NCBI GenBank assembly: GCA_963778655.1
Contig: CAVZVA010000005.1
Location: 1 to 64,000, forward strand
Origin: an uncultured delta proteobacterium
GTDB lineage: Bacteria; Myxococcota_A; Polyangia; Polyangiales; JAFGIB01
Reading direction: 5' to 3'
Length of the DNA stretch: 64,000 bases
The position numbers and the translations under genes were made by a program. This document shows positions 63,147-64,000 of this stretch, in pieces; within the stretch, counting starts at the first letter, position 1; each line of letters begins with the position of its first letter. The notes under the pieces are model-generated. The model was not told where the DNA came from. It ran no database searches and saw nothing but the letters and a program-made list of their open reading frames with translations.

Positions 63147-64000
63147 TAGTTTCGCACCACCAGCTCGGAGACCGGGCCGCGCTTGTCCGCGTTGCAGTTG
63201 ATGGCGCGGGCCGCGGCTACACGCGCGAGGCGGAAGTCGCGGTACAGGTCGGCGATGAAGGGCACGTCGCTGTTGGACAGCATCAACTTGCAGCCACGCC
63301 GGTCGAGCGCGACGAACACCTCGCGCAGCCGCAGCTGGTCGCGGCGGTCGAAGCCGTCGCGCGCGTAGGCGGTGAAGCTGGCGGAGCTCGACAGCGGCTC
63401 GTACGGCGGGTCGAAGTAGACGAAGTCGCCCGGCCGCGCGCTCGAGAGCAGCGTCTCGAAGCCGGTGCAGCGCAGCTCCGCGCTTGCGAGCTGAGCGCTG
63501 GCCGCGAGCAAGGCCTCGCGGCTCAGGATGCGCGGGCGCACGTAGCGGCCCACCGGTACGTTGAACTCGCCGCGCGAGTTGACGCGGTGCAGGCCGTTGA
63601 AGCAGGTCTTGTTCAGGTAGATGAACATCGCCGCGCGCTCCACCTCGGAGACCGCGCGCGCCCGGTTGTAGCGCTCGCGCACCCGGTAGTACGCGCGCGC
63701 GTCGTGCCCGAGCGCGAGCCGTCCGAGCTGCTCGACCACCTGCTCGACGTGGTCGCGCACCGCGCAGTAGGTCTCGATCAGGCGCGGGTTGACGTCGCAC
63801 AGCAGGGCGCGCGCGGGCTGCAGCGCGAAGTACAGCGCACCGCCGCCCACAAAGGGCTCGACGTGCCGCATCAGCTCGACGCCGGGCGGCAGCAAGGGGC
63901 GCAGCTGCGGCAGCAGGCGGGACTTGCCCCCGGCCCATTTCACGATCGGCGCTGGCGCCGGCAGGGAAGCGGGCTGCGAACGAGCGTTGGATACGTAGGC
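63143..64000 (-). CDS. dam: DNA adenine methyltransferase, Dam/D12 class (5' end at or beyond the window edge)
   Basis: KWAGGKS, EPFVGGGA, YLNKTCFNGL.RVN, YFDPPY, MLSNS; the frame is open to position 64000. Confidence 0.88.
   Translation of the reverse strand, partial: AYVSNARSQPASLPAPAPIVKWAGGKSRLLPQLRPLLPPGVELMRHVEPFVGGGALYFALQPARALLCDVNPRLIETYCAVRDHVEQVVEQLGRLALGHDARAYYRVRERYNRARAVSEVERAAMFIYLNKTCFNGLHRVNSRGEFNVPVGRYVRPRILSREALLAASAQLASAELRCTGFETLLSSARPGDFVYFDPPYEPLSSSASFTAYARDGFDRRDQLRLREVFVALDRRGCKLMLSNSDVPFIADLYRDFRLARVAAARAINCNADKRGPVSELVVRNY

Overview
Very GC-rich bacterial chromosomal DNA. The gene styles (giant TPR proteins, Ser/Thr kinase, ECF-FecR cassette, Cys-rich lipoproteins) suggest a myxobacterium, Polyangiales-like (inference). 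Bases 1-4364 are an indel-riddled inverted copy of 4365-8745, most likely a long-read fold-back artefact. The rest is mostly housekeeping: holA, a ClpA/C-type ATPase, nadD, ecm/meaB, mch, glpK, rimI, smc, perR-rubrerythrin-DUF3501, phhA, thiSGE, alr and a dam-like methylase. Main points of interest: (1) a ~7.2 kb decayed island bracketed by a ~250 bp duplication of the mch 3' end; (2) a structured REP/BIME-like repeat family with compensatory stem changes, found as a 6-copy array between alr and dam and as a 182-bp unit that triplicates an epimerase gene start with ATGA-coupled uORFs; (3) two further palindromic/MITE-like families and a possible RAYT-like transposase remnant; (4) a signal peptidase I homologue missing both catalytic residues; (5) ethylmalonyl-CoA pathway genes. 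No CRISPR array, rRNA or tRNA was recognised. All calls come from motif recognition by eye; no searches were run.
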